Origin: Octopus vulgaris
Lineage: Eukaryota
DNA length: 64,000 bases
NCBI GenBank assembly: GCA_951406725.2
Contig: OX597835.1
Coordinates: forward strand, 47,492,001 to 47,556,000
Direction: 5' to 3'
The notes under the pieces are model-generated. The model was not told the DNA's origin and searched no databases. It saw nothing but the letters and a program-made list of their open reading frames with translations. Positions 45,264-59,415 of this stretch are shown one piece after another (within the stretch, counting starts at the first letter, position 1; every line of letters starts with the position of its first letter). A program made the translations under genes and the position numbers.

Positions 45264-45339
<76 letters not shown>

Positions 45340-45529
45340 CACACATGTATATATAACAATATATATACAACGGGCGTCTTTCAGTTTCTGTCTACCAAAT
45401 CCACTCACAAGGCCGAGTCACTTGGTCGGTCCGAGGCTATAGTAGAAGACACTTGCCCAAGGTGCCACGCAGTGGGACTGAACCCGGAACCATGTGGTTG
45501 GGAAGCAAGCTTGTTACTACACAGCCACT
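45085..45529 (-). mobile_element. SINE family 1, full length with (CA)n
   Basis: Reverse-complement tail, core and head. Confidence 0.92.
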
Positions 45530-45547
45530 GATGTATATCTATATCTA

Positions 45548-45676
<129 letters not shown>

Positions 45677-46531
45677 GCCTGTCTGTCTGTCTGTCTGTCT
45701 GTCTGTATATGTGTGCATGTATGTGTGTGTCTATAGAAGGTCAGAGTTAGATAGATAGAAAGATAGAGAGATAGAGAAAGAGAAAGAAGGAAATAAATAA
45801 ATAAAATGAGCGAAAATCACGAAGCGTGAAATTGGTGTCCCTTCATTTCATGTTATGTATGTTTCTGTAATCGGTAAGAATTAACGATGTCACAATCTAC
45901 ATGCAATTCATAAATGCAATTTATAAACATGATAAATAATGCATATAATCCCTTCGACCAGGTCCTCACACAGAATCAAAACACAATATTTGCACTCCCT
46001 CTAAGGACATGTTCGGTAAGATTAAACGATTTGTTTACTGCACTTAAAAACTGCAATTATGAATTGAAGTGTTCTTTATATCACATTAAAGGTGAATTAG
46101 GACAGCCTACTTCCCTATCAGATCAGAGGGAATTTAACGCGATAACTAATAACAGCCGCTGCCAAAACGATAAATTTGCCAGACACTGATCTCACTCATT
46201 TCCATTCGTATTAAACCTTCCAATTGTCTCCATTCTGAGAAAATTCGCAGAAGATAAATACAAAGGAGAAAAAAAACAGAAAAATCATTATTCATAAATT
46301 CATTATTGTTTTGTAATATACATATGACGCAAATAAGAAGACTAAAACATCTTTAATGACAAGTTACAATTGTTTCTGTAGCAACACAACCTTTTCATGC
46401 CTATTCACACAAAAATTCCATGTGAAATATTGCGTAGTATTTGTGGTATTAAACTTTAGATTGGCACATCTTTAGACCTGCATCAAAGAGAAGCCCTTAC
46501 ATTATGAGTCTGACAAGTGTTGTGTTTTGTT

Positions 46532-46567
<36 letters not shown>

Positions 46568-46677
46568 TAGATAGATAGATAGATATATATATAGGGTGAA
46601 ATATAATTAATTTAATAAAATCAACAAAATTCACCTAGTAGTATTTCGGTATGGAAAAGGGCCATATTCGGTAAAAG

Positions 46678-46806
46678 TTTATATAATTATAACAGTATGG
46701 GTTATTTGCAACAAGTTGCTTAACCATATACCCAAAATTTTAGAAATTTTCGGTATGTGGTTAAACAACTTGTTGCAAATAACCCTTTCTGTTATAATTA
46801 TATAAA
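46678..46806. repeat. Nearly loopless ~129-bp palindrome
   Basis: TTTATATAATTATAACAG..GGGTTATTTGCAACAAGTTG..TTAACCA..ATACC.AAAATTT mirrored around TAG at 46741-43. Confidence 0.93.
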
Positions 46807-46826
46807 TATATATATATATATATTAT

Positions 46827-46887
<61 letters not shown>

Positions 46888-47029
46888 GGATTACCGCTAA
46901 GTGGACACCCTAATGCTAGAAGTAGATCCGCTATGGTCCTACCACTAAGAAATGTTCTCTAGAAGATTTAGCAAACACCAGAAACGTAAGCGAGCAAGAC
47001 AAATGAAAAGTAACAAAAATATAGATTAG

Positions 47030-47103
47030 TCATAAACAATGTTTCACTATTAACAGATTACGTAATTTTACTTACGCAATTTGTCCGTAAATCTTCAGTA
47101 TGA
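47030..47103 (-). ncRNA. Putative hammerhead ribozyme (family A, copy 2)
   Basis: Minus strand TCATA CTGAAGA ... GAAAC ATT GTT TATGA; stem I covaries with 9513-9571. Confidence 0.62.
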
Positions 47104-47501
47104 ACGTCCATACAAATATAATATGCAGAACTACACACCAGACGTCTGCACGAGGTCGAACATGTATGTAGTTCTACCTATTACACTTGTGGTTATTTTT
47201 CAAAAGTCCTCGTTTTGGCGCGCTAAATTATCGGAAATAATACTGCAGAAAATAATTTACTGCAGTAGCTTTTGCCGGTTTGAGAATGTATTAATTTTAA
47301 ATTAATACGTTCATATTGAACTGAAGATGTTTGTGCCTGATGAATGTACAAAGATATCACACGCGATATTATTAATTATTTGACATGTTCTGAGCACAAG
47401 GAACTATTAGTATCACTTAAAACATGTATTGTCTCTAGTAAATAGCATTTGTCTCCCACCAGATGCAGTTCTTCTTATGTTGATCTTACCATCATGGTAC
47501 T

Positions 47502-47571
<70 letters not shown>

Positions 47572-47604
47572 TTTATTTAAAGCAGCAGAAAATTCAACAA
47601 AACC

Positions 47605-47640
47605 TGTTACTCTGAGTTTCACGTTCCCGTTCGTCGGACA
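47605..47640 (-). ncRNA. Putative minimal hammerhead, U4C variant (family C, copy 1)
   Basis: TGT CCGACGA ACG GGAA CGT GAAA CTCAGAG TA ACA: stems I, II and III all present. Confidence 0.65.
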
Positions 47641-48265
47641 TTACTCCGGTATATATATATATATACACACATTTTCTATATAAGAACAACGTGATAATGA
47701 ATAATGTTTTCCCTGACTCACAGGATGCTAGTAATATCAAGGGTGACACCGCTTGCAAGATACACTGGAATTAAGCAAAACGACGTGTCAGAAAAGGTTT
47801 GAAACCGACATCGTGTGGGTGCAGTTCATTAGACAGGCCCGAATTATGAACGGGGACAAAAAGTAAGAGACAAAGGACAAACATAAAGCTGAGCCGATAT
47901 CAACTTGCCCCGGAGATGCAAAAAATAAATATTTAATGCACATCGCTTTTGGGTTCGTCCGTAGTTTGTCAAAAATGGAACTTGCGAATAAACGGCTTCA
48001 AGAAACGCTCAGCTAATTAGGAGTTCACACATATGCATACATGCATACACGCACACACACGTACACACACAAACACACACACACACACACTCATATATAT
48101 GTATACATATATGTATACAATTATATCTATCTATGTATTTATTATCTATTTATCCATCCTTGTATGCATGTATGTATGTATATATGTATGAATGTATGTA
48201 TATATATATGTATGCATATATATATATGTATATATACATAAATATATATTTATGTATATATATAC

Positions 48266-48332
<67 letters not shown>

Positions 48333-48548
48333 CATATATATATATATAAGTATATAGTGTCAAGTTCTCAATCCCATAAACATGCAGAACTTGTTCGTAG
48401 ATCTTCGGTTATAATATAATCGATTGTATCATAAAACCGAAAGCAATCTATCATTTTCCCCCTCCCTTTATACTAATACCCCTCTACAACGTTCTCTCCT
48501 TATCTTTCTATATACATTCGTATATCATATAGATAAAGAAATAAATTA

Positions 48549-48646
<98 letters not shown>

Positions 48647-49169
48647 GCAGACGTATGTAAATATATATATATGAATATATATATATGTATGTATATATGT
48701 ATACACACAAAAATACACAAAATTATAATTATTTATCATGTATACTCATATATGTGTATATAAATGAATGTATATAAATTTATATATCCAAACGTTCCAT
48801 ACATCCACATATAATATAACCGCATCCATACATATATGATTACTTATTACTATACATACATGCATACGCATATGCATAATTACATATATATGTACACCCC
48901 ACCATACACTCACACTCACATACGCGCTAACACACATGCATAAATATATATGTATATATAAACATTTATACGCATATATGAATATATATATATAATTATG
49001 CATGTACGGATACATGTGTATACACACGTACATACATACATAGGTAGATATGTTCGTACGCACAAACAAACGCACATAGATATATACTTACGTAAATCCT
49101 TAAGACAGAAAAAATTATAAATGATTAGAATCAACTATACATCCGTTTAATGCATTCATAACGAATGTA

Positions 49170-49204
<35 letters not shown>

Positions 49205-49335
49205 CATATATATACATATACATATATATATACACATATATATATACATATAGATATATATATATACATATATATATACATATATATATATACATATATA
49301 TATACATATATATATATACATATATATATATACAC

Positions 49336-49366
<31 letters not shown>

Positions 49367-49501
49367 CATATATGTATACATATATATACATATATATATA
49401 CATATATATACATATATATATATACATGCACACACATGTATGTATATATATACACGCATTTACATCCAAACATAAATCCAAACATATGCACATACATATA
49501 T

Positions 49502-49537
<36 letters not shown>

Positions 49538-49541
49538 TATA

Positions 49542-49574
<33 letters not shown>

Positions 49575-50035
49575 GCATATATACAGAAATATATGTATGT
49601 GCATATATATATATATATATATATATTTTTTTACCAAATTTTTTTTCCTCTGCCACTGTTACCTGAAGAATAAGATTAAATTGCAAATATTTACCCGAGT
49701 GTATTGTGTTTGACTCATGCATATTCCTCGAAGATCCTGTTTTTCGTGAAAAAAATGCAAAAATTCCATTTTATATTGATGAAAATTTGAAACCCGGAGA
49801 AAACTATTATATGAAATATCATTCGCGCAGCGAAAGTGGGATTGCATTTTTTGAAATTGTGTTTTATTACCTGTTGATTTGGATAAGGTACAGGGTATAT
49901 GGGAATTCGAGAAATATATACGTATGTATTATTTTACACACACACACACACACTTGCACACACTTGCACACACATGCACGAATACATCACTATATATGTG
50001 AATGTATATATGTATATACATACACACACGCACGT

Positions 50036-50112
<77 letters not shown>

Positions 50113-51475
50113 TAGATAGATAGATAGATATGCGTTTGTATGTGTGTGCACCAATCTATATATATATATGTGTGTATGTTTGTATATATGTATATATACA
50201 TACATACGTATATATACATATAAGCGCGGGTGCACAGCATACACACTCGTATATGTTTATACAGATATATATGCACAGAAAGATAGGTATATGATTCATA
50301 TATAATAGGGTTGATATTTGCTTAGTCAGGGAGATAGATAGAATAGCTAGCTGGCTAGAAAGATAGATAGACAGAAAGACAGAGAGACGGACGAACGAAC
50401 AAATAGATATATAAATAGATAGATAGACGGATGGATGGATAGATTGATAAATAGATAGATTCCCAGACATACATACAGAGAGACAGACTGACAGACAGAT
50501 GGATAAATAGATAGAAAAAGATGGTTGTTTAGTGGTCAGGGCTTTGTTTCCAGAACGTAAGATCGTGCTTTCAGCTCCTTGTATCGGCTGCGTGTTTTTT
50601 ACGTTGGGCATTGCTCCTTATTTCACGCTGCGACACTCTACACGGCTTCACTGAGTCTCATCCTGGTTTCTGTAGCTTTCTCTTTGTCGTGCTCGACGTT
50701 CTGCTAGGTTAAAAGTATGCGGTTTCTCTGTTTCTGATTGTGACTATACAGGCAGCTGAAGTACTTAGCGAAACCATGGTACATGTTTTTTAGTATACTC
50801 ACTGACGAGTGACAACTATGACTATATGCACACTGCTATACAAGTAAATAAACGGATAACTGAAGAAATACGCCGATACATGTATGTATGTATGTATGTA
50901 TGTATGTATGTATGTATGTATGTATGTATGTATGTATGTATGTATGCATGTGTGTATGTATGTATGTGTGTATGTATGTATATATGTATGTATGTATACA
51001 CACACACACGTATATATATATGGATAGATAGATAAATAAATAGATATATGTGTATATGCACACACATTTACAAGTATATACACATGTATAGATACATATA
51101 ATACTTATACATATATATATACATACAAGCATATATATGTGTGTGTGTATGTGCATGTTTATTCTATCTATCGTTCTGGTGTTTTTCTTTCTGTCTTTCT
51201 GTCTTTCAGTTATAACGGCTACCTCGCACCACTACCCCAATGAAAATCTCCCTCTCCCTCTCTTTCATCGCCGCCATCTTGTTTATGGCGTCTTGCTCGT
51301 TGCAGATTCTCCTCTCACTTGCAAAGTCCGATCGGCTCCTCTTGTGGAGTTTCGCTACTGACATTGTTATCCGCCACGTCCTTCAACACCCCACCCTCAC
51401 ACCTCTCACGTTATTATATTCGTTATAACTCCAATACCACCACCACCACCACCACCACCACCATCATCATCGCCG

Positions 51476-51518
<43 letters not shown>

Positions 51519-51627
51519 CATCATCATCATCAGTTGCAGCAGCAGCAGCAGTGGCAACGACATCTTCGCCATGCCCGCCACAACCAAATACATACCACTA
51601 CTATATTACAGCAACGACGGCGACGAA

Positions 51628-51694
<67 letters not shown>

Positions 51695-52519
51695 GCGATT
51701 ACGCTACCCAAAAACAATATCGCAACCACTACCAACAACGACAAAAACAACAAAAGCAACAACAACAGGCACCATTAACCCCATCGCCACCGATATCAAA
51801 CAACCACAACCATCACCACAATCTCCTTACTCACATATGTATTTTTATACATACGTACATGCATATATGTGTATAAGTATATGTGTATATGTGTATATGT
51901 GTATAGATGTGTGTGTGTGTGTGTGTGTGTGTGTGTCTTTCGGAAAAAAGAGATCGATGGAATAAGCTTGTTACTGAAAATAGAGCACTTGGGTTCTATT
52001 TAATCGATTAAACTCTTCAAAGCGGTGCCCCAGCATGGCCGTAGTCAAAAGCCTGAAGCGAGTAAATGCATAACGGGAAAAAAAGAGCAACTGATTCGTG
52101 TACTTTTGAGGGGCAGAAGATTGCAGAGAAAACTTTAGGTTTAACAAAAATCTGAAGCGTGACCCCTATGTAGGACAAGGGGGAACCTTTTCAATAAAAG
52201 GGTCAGTCTGTCAGATGGGTTCCAAGTTTTCTACACCGTTTACATCTGCTTCAAGATATGATAAAGGACAATTGCACAAGATGGCAATGCTACAAGTGAG
52301 GCCGCTCTTGGAATTTACTGATTGTTCTTCGGAGTAGTTTCCGCGCAGATAAAGTGGTTTGACGGGAGGCGACGACTTCATTTTGAGAAGTGTGTGTAGG
52401 TAATGATTATGCATACACATACAGACATACATACATACACACACATACATACATACATATATTTATATATATATATAAACATATATATATGTATGTGTGT
52501 ATGTATATGCGTGTGTATG

Positions 52520-52555
<36 letters not shown>

Positions 52556-52559
<4 letters not shown>

Positions 52560-52760
52560 ATCCAAACAAAAAAGCACAAAAAAACACAACAACGCGAGGA
52601 CGTGGAACAAATATAGTATTATTGGACGCTCAGGAAAGAAGGAAAGAAGGAGGGTTTAACGTTTCGAGCGGAGCTCTTCGTCGGAAACATAGGAGAGGGA
52701 AAGATCCAGAGAAGGGAAGAGAGAGGAAAAGAAATCGCCAACGGTACACAATCGGTCACA
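52556..52760 (-). mobile_element. TA-flanked hammerhead-bearing element family B, copy 1
   Basis: Close paralogue of 62212-62418; the same terminus GGATTAAC abuts (TA)n. Confidence 0.85.
52654..52688 (-). ncRNA. Putative minimal hammerhead, U4C variant (family B)
   Basis: GTTT CCGACGA A GAGC TCC GCTC GAAAC GTT AAAC; palindromic ACGT stem III. Confidence 0.65.
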
Positions 52761-52817
52761 TTTTGAAATATATATATATATATGATATGTGTGTGTGTGT
52801 GTGTATGTATGTGAGAG

Positions 52818-52900
<83 letters not shown>

Positions 52901-52907
<7 letters not shown>

Positions 52908-53349
52908 GCAAGATTTTTTATGTGAAGTCGTGTGTTGAAACAGATATTGTTATATTTCGGAATGGTCATATTGCCAGTTTAGCCAATAAAAACACACGCA
53001 CTATATATTTGGTGTTATTTTGCTTCAGTGATATTTATTTTTTACATTAATCTTAATCTTATTTCGGCCACACTAAATAAACATAGACGCACATAGAGAT
53101 ATAAGCATGCGCAAATGAAGACATACAATAGAAATACAAAATGGCTGACGGTTAGTAAGGAGAGACACAAGTAAGTGAGAAGAAAACAAAGGACCACTGA
53201 TGCGGTCACAGGAGTGTGACGAAAGAACTTTGGCCGAAATAAGATTAAGATTAATGTAAAAAATAAATATCACTGAAGCAAAATAACACCAAATATATAG
53301 TGCGTGTGTTTTTATTGGCTAAACTGGCAATATGACCATTCCGAAATAT

Positions 53350-53357
<8 letters not shown>
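52901..53357. mobile_element. TA-flanked element family D with 127-bp inverted arms
   Basis: Arms 52944-53070 and 53231-53357 appear to be exact reverse complements; 160-bp spacer. Confidence 0.9.
53194..53233 (+). ncRNA. Putative minimal hammerhead (family D)
   Basis: CCA CTGATGC G GTCAC AGGAGT GTGAC GAAAG AA CTT TGG; A9 position is C in this copy. Confidence 0.6.
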
Positions 53358-53389
<32 letters not shown>

Positions 53390-53395
53390 TCTCAC

Positions 53396-53449
<54 letters not shown>

Positions 53450-53712
53450 GTTTAAGCACTATCACAAGCATGTAATAGAATATATGTGTATATATATAAA
53501 TATATGTATATCCACACAAACACACACACTCAGACATACACACACACACGCACACACACATATACCCGAGCACACACAAACATGTATGCACACGTACAAC
53601 TCCGCAGATACAATCAACGAATAAGAAGAAAACAAGAAAAAAAAAGAAAGAGTCCAATAGAAATAAGAAGAGAGAATTGAAATCTATATGAGTGACAGAG
53701 AGATAAAGATAG

Positions 53713-53781
<69 letters not shown>

Positions 53782-54025
53782 TAGGGTGAAAGATAGGGTA
53801 GAGTGTGTGTGAGCAAGATGGATGTTATGGGGGAATATTATGAAAGAAGCAGCAGGTTGCCGAAACAAATAGCAAAATAATGGCGGACCTACATCAGGCA
53901 ACCTGTTTTGCCTTGCATGTTTTTCTCGCCTTTAACCCCAAGCCTCCAAACGTATAAACGGCCTTTCCATCTGGACAACAATTACAAAGCAATGGGATTT
54001 ATTTTCATTTTTTATTTAAGAAAAA

Positions 54026-54076
<51 letters not shown>

Positions 54077-54120
54077 GTCGTTATCGTTAAGATCTTTTTC
54101 AAAATCTTGTTTTCAAAATC

Positions 54121-54218
<98 letters not shown>

Positions 54219-54340
54219 CCTTATATTCATGTCTCTTCCTCTTTTCACGTATTCCTTATCTCTCTTTTATGAAAATCATCTCACTCGTTTGTTTAAGATG
54301 GATTTTTTTATGAACACACATATTCAAACAATATTTGTAA

Positions 54341-54395
<55 letters not shown>

Positions 54396-54569
54396 GTTTT
54401 CATATCGCCTCATGCTTTTCGTTTTTATATTAGTCATAAAAGCAACAACGTGGGTGGCAATATACATATACGCCTATCTGTCTGCCTGTCTCTGTCTCTC
54501 TCTCTCTTTCTATATATATACTTATATATACATATATGCATATACATACACACACACAAATATATATAC

Positions 54570-54626
<57 letters not shown>

Positions 54627-54628
<2 letters not shown>

Positions 54629-54765
54629 GGAGCAAACACATAAATGTGAAACAAGGTGCAAAAAAGAGTATTCACATACCAGGGGTAGAGTAATATGCTT
54701 TATTTAAAAGCAGCAGAAAATTCAACAAAACCTGTTACTCTGAGTTTCACGTTCCCGTTCGTCGG

Positions 54766-54768
<3 letters not shown>
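54627..54768 (-). mobile_element. TA-flanked hammerhead element family C, copy 2 (motif 54733-54768)
   Basis: Identical hammerhead motif to 47605-47640; ends CTCCGG against (TA)n. Confidence 0.82.
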
Positions 54769-54812
<44 letters not shown>

Positions 54813-54846
54813 GTATATATATAGCTTCTGTACCCTGACAATGGAT

Positions 54847-55225
54847 TCTCATTTGTTCCTCTTATCAAAGGTACATTAGTTTTATGTACCAAAAAATTTG
54901 CATAAAAACCTAGAAATACTCAGTTTCACGGAGAAAGAGCAAAAGTCCCTGATGCGGATTCTCCAAATCCAATCTATTAGTGGCACAGTGGAGATTTATG
55001 AGACATTCCAGAAATATTCCGTCTGAGATTCTTCTATGAACAGATGCACACAGTTGGGCGTTTGCATCGACAGGTCAACCAACACACCAACTCTAACACA
55101 TATTTACAAACACCGGGAACCCTCTTAACTCAAAAAGCCTTGTTACATTGTTAGCGGCCGACCTGAACTCTCTCAAGAAAGACGCTCACGTTAAAGTGGG
55201 GATAAACGCTACCATATAAAAATAA
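54847..55225 (+). pseudogene. RLE-type LINE 3' end relic
   Basis: FVPLIKGTL..VPKNLHKNLEILSFTEKEQKSLMRILQIQSISGTVEIYETF resembles the C-terminus after the PIxxGALG motif; 3' UTR follows. Confidence 0.6.
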
Positions 55226-55347
55226 TTTCATTAAAAGGGGAGGAGAACTTTTGGCTCTTAAGACCAGATATGACCCTGAATAACTACAAGTAACCTATGG
55301 CTTTATGTTTATGTACCCCTGACATACATCCCTTTATTGTTACCCAT

Positions 55348-55393
<46 letters not shown>

Positions 55394-55625
55394 ATATATA
55401 TGTGTGCCGATCGAAATCTTAAAGATACTGCAGAAGAGACGTGACGCCAATCTATGGAACGAACCATCATTTCCAGATCATAAAAATCCGCCCATCAACA
55501 AACTACTGGTCTTCGGTCCTCACCGGGCCTCTCTGAGCCAAGAACTTGTCTCAGATATTCTGGACTTGCCAACCCTGAACAGCTCTTGTGGAATTTGGGC
55601 AGAGGTGAACCACCCGTTTTCGGCG

Positions 55626-55715
55626 TAACCCTAATTCTAATCCTAAAACTAATACTAACCCTAAGCCCTAACCCTTACCCTAATACTTAACCCTAACCCT
55701 AAACCCTAACCTTAA
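55626..55715. repeat. Degenerate (CCCTAA)n telomere-like tract
   Basis: TAACCCTAATTCTAATCCTAA...AACCCTAACCCTAAACCCTAACC. Confidence 0.85.
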
Positions 55716-55825
55716 ACACCGGGTGTGCGCATTCTTTACCTTTGCCGGAATTTCTTGGTAGCTGAACCAAGACTGTATCTTAGATTGTTAATCCAATGCA
55801 TTACGTTAGATTATCCAAACATATA

Positions 55826-56232
55826 CAGCTGTGTGGTAAAGAAGATCGCTTTGCAACTACGTAGTTTCGTGTTCAATTCCAATGCGCAGTACCTTAGACA
55901 TATATCTCTTATAGCTCCGGACTGACAAATGTCTTGTAGTGAATATGGCTTGCGGAAACTATACGGAAGCTCGCCGTACACTCACATACACACACGCACA
56001 CCTATACATGTACACACATATTTGTGTGTGCGTGCGCGCAGGCACGCATATATTTGTGGTTTTGTTATCGGCACTTTACAACCGCTCTACGTTTATTTAC
56101 GTCACCGAAACTTAGTGTTCGAGAAAAACAATGTGATAAAATCAATACAAGATTCAAAAATAAATTTGAAACCCTTCAAGGCTGTGCCTCAGAATAGCAC
56201 AATCCACTGATTGAAAGATATACACGAATAAA
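55826..56232 (+). mobile_element. SINE family 1, degenerate
   Basis: GCTGTGTGGTAAAGAAG head; AAGGCTGTGCCTCAG tail. Confidence 0.7.
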
Positions 56233-56376
56233 AGAATGTGTTGTGTAACATCTTTCACGTCAGCTCTCATTATATAAACTGTTTCTTTTGCCCCACAAAT
56301 TATTCTAACCCTACAAGCCGTTTCAGCCGTTCACGTTTTGTACGCATGACTCAAATTCTATCTAATTGCTCTCCGA

Positions 56377-56545
56377 GGTACTTTATTTTATCGACCGCAA
56401 AAGGATGAATAGCAAATCTACTCCGGCGAGATTTGAACTCGGGACGATAATAGACGTAACTAAATACCACAAGGCATTTTGTTGTTGTTGCTGTTGTCGT
56501 TGTTGTTGTTGTTGTTATCCGTTGCTCTACCGATTCTGTTACTAC
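56377..56545 (-). mobile_element. SINE family 2, degenerate
   Basis: GGTACTTTATTTTATCGACC..AAAGGATGAA..GATTTGAACTC. Confidence 0.72.
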
Positions 56546-56843
56546 AAGGCCCTATCAATATTATTGTTGATAATCACCACCAGAAGTAGTCGTGCTTGGC
56601 GGAAGTCGTGGTGCGATTAGGTTTGAGGCAAAGAGCTTAATTCGCGTCTCCCGCGTCACATGTTGGACGTGTCATCAGCTAAGATCTCGCGGATTGCCGC
56701 CTCCCTCCCGACCATCTCCCACCTCCTTCCCCACCGACTTTATCCACTGCTAAAAAAGCATCAAACAAAAAGGAAAAAGTACAATAACACACACACACAC
56801 ACATCATACATGACATAAACACAGCAAAAATATAATAAACATG

Positions 56844-56920
<77 letters not shown>

Positions 56921-57409
56921 GCATATATGTTTGTATATATATATATATATCCATATATATGTGTGTGTGTGTGTATGTTATATATACTTGTATGCATGTA
57001 TGTATACACACATATACACAAGCAAAAATTCATTTAATGAAACAAACGTTAATGAATTAGAAAGATGAAAATGAAAGAATAATAACAAGCTATATATATA
57101 TATATATACATATACATATTCATATATATACATATATATATAGATACAAAATGACACATAAAAGAAAGCTAAAACGAGGCTAACCCTAGATGATTGGTGG
57201 CCAAATTATAAATATTTTTATTGAAAACATTGTCTTTTGGATATTTTAAAAATAGCTTTTTGGTATTTTATCGTCTATTTTTTTAGTTTGATTTCTCAAG
57301 ACAAAAAAAAAAAGCACAGGAAAAGAAAAAAGAACTGCAGACAAACGCTTAATGCTATCCAATGTTTAATCCAGAAATTGCGATAACGGAGGTGATTCGA
57401 TCTGTTTAT

Positions 57410-57421
57410 TGTTATCATTAA

Positions 57422-57509
<88 letters not shown>

Positions 57510-57519
57510 GTTGATGTTG

Positions 57520-57577
<58 letters not shown>

Positions 57578-57687
57578 CATCATCATCATCATCATTATTA
57601 TAAATAATAATAAAGAGAGCTTTATTACCATCATTACTAACCGCCTCATTACCATCAACATCATCATCATCACCATCATCACCATCA

Positions 57688-57718
<31 letters not shown>

Positions 57719-57940
57719 TGTCGTTGTCGCCATCATCCTCGGCATCATCATCATCATCATCATCGTCGTCGTCGTCATCATCGTTATCATCATCATCATC
57801 AACACCATCATCACCATCATCATCGTCGTCGTCGTCGTTGTCGCTATCATCATCATCATCATCGTCGGCATCATCATCCTCGTCGTCGTCATCATCTTTA
57901 TCATCATCATTATCTTCATCATCATCGTCGTCATCGTCGT
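57410..57940. repeat. (ATT)n/(CAT)n/(CGT)n compound microsatellite
   Basis: Direct reading. Confidence 0.95.
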
Positions 57941-58298
57941 GATTAGCATACATAACTTATTTAATCATTTCGTCTCTCCGCCTGCAAAACATAACACCCA
58001 GCAATTTATTTTTCGCGAGCGCTCGCACACTCACACACATACACACTAATACACAAACACATAAACAGGCTCACACACACATACACACACAGATATTTTT
58101 ATTTTTGTTGACAATATATATGTGTGTGTGTGTTTGTGTATGTGTATGTGTATATACGTATACGCATACATTTACATATATGCATACATAAATATATTCA
58201 TACACATACATGCATTCATACATACATACACACACACCACACACATATATAAGCATATATATATATATATATATACAAACACACATACATACACAAAC

Positions 58299-58351
<53 letters not shown>

Positions 58352-58811
58352 ATATTTACAAACACATAACTATATATACATGCACGCATACGCACACACA
58401 CATACACTCACACACGACTGTCTCTTGTTTTTTTTCCATGTTATATATTTTTTAATGTGTGTTGCTTTTATTTTTCTCTTCGCTCGCCCCTCTTAAGCCC
58501 TTCGTACGGGAAGCCATCACGCTTTGCTAGCAATGTTTTCATTTTTGCTCGTTCTGTTGGCACTAGAATTCCAGAGATTAGACAATAAGGAATCAACTGT
58601 ACTTCTAATGTTGTGACAAAATAGCAGAGCGTTTCCGTGCAATCTGTCTCGTACACATACATATAAACAGACACACATATATTCACATATTTAAGCGCAC
58701 GCACATACATACACATCTATATTATCTTATCAACAAAATGTGCATATATACGTGCGCAGATGTACGTATATACATTTATGAATATTGAATGCAAACACTC
58801 TCTCACACCTG

Positions 58812-58848
<37 letters not shown>

Positions 58849-58869
58849 TTATGTACACAGTTATTCGTT

Positions 58870-59088
58870 TATTTCCATTGCTTGTTTTAGACATTTTGAC
58901 TGCGGCCATGCTGGAGCCCCGCCTTTAGTCGAGCAAATCGACCCCAGGACTTATTCTATCGGCCTCATTTGCCGAACCACTAAGTTATGGGGACGTAAAC
59001 ACACCTTCATCGGTTGTCAAGCGATGTTGCTGGGCACAAACAAAGACAAAGACACACACACACACACGCACACATACACACACACACA

Positions 59089-59149
<61 letters not shown>

Positions 59150-59307
59150 TGAGCTTCTTTCAGTTTTTGTCTACCAAATCCATTCAAAAGGATTTGGTTG
59201 GCCCGAGGCTATAGTAGAAGACACTAGCCGAAGGTGTCACGCAGTGGGATTGAACCCGGAACCATGTGGTTGGTAAGCAAGGTACTTACCACTCAGCCAC
59301 TCCTTGC
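58870..59307 (-). mobile_element. SINE family 1, full length
   Basis: Reverse-complement tail, (CA)n, core and head. Confidence 0.9.
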
Positions 59308-59415
59308 AAATATTTACACACAAACACAAACGCACAATTATATACAAGCACATAAAGACATATATGTACACACGCAGCCACATATAGGTACATTTGTGAG
59401 TCCTACCACTTGGTG

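Noticed and set aside
45780-46500. Repeat-free AT-rich block, possible enhancer
   Set aside because: Homeodomain-like motifs are expected by chance at this AT content; needs conservation data
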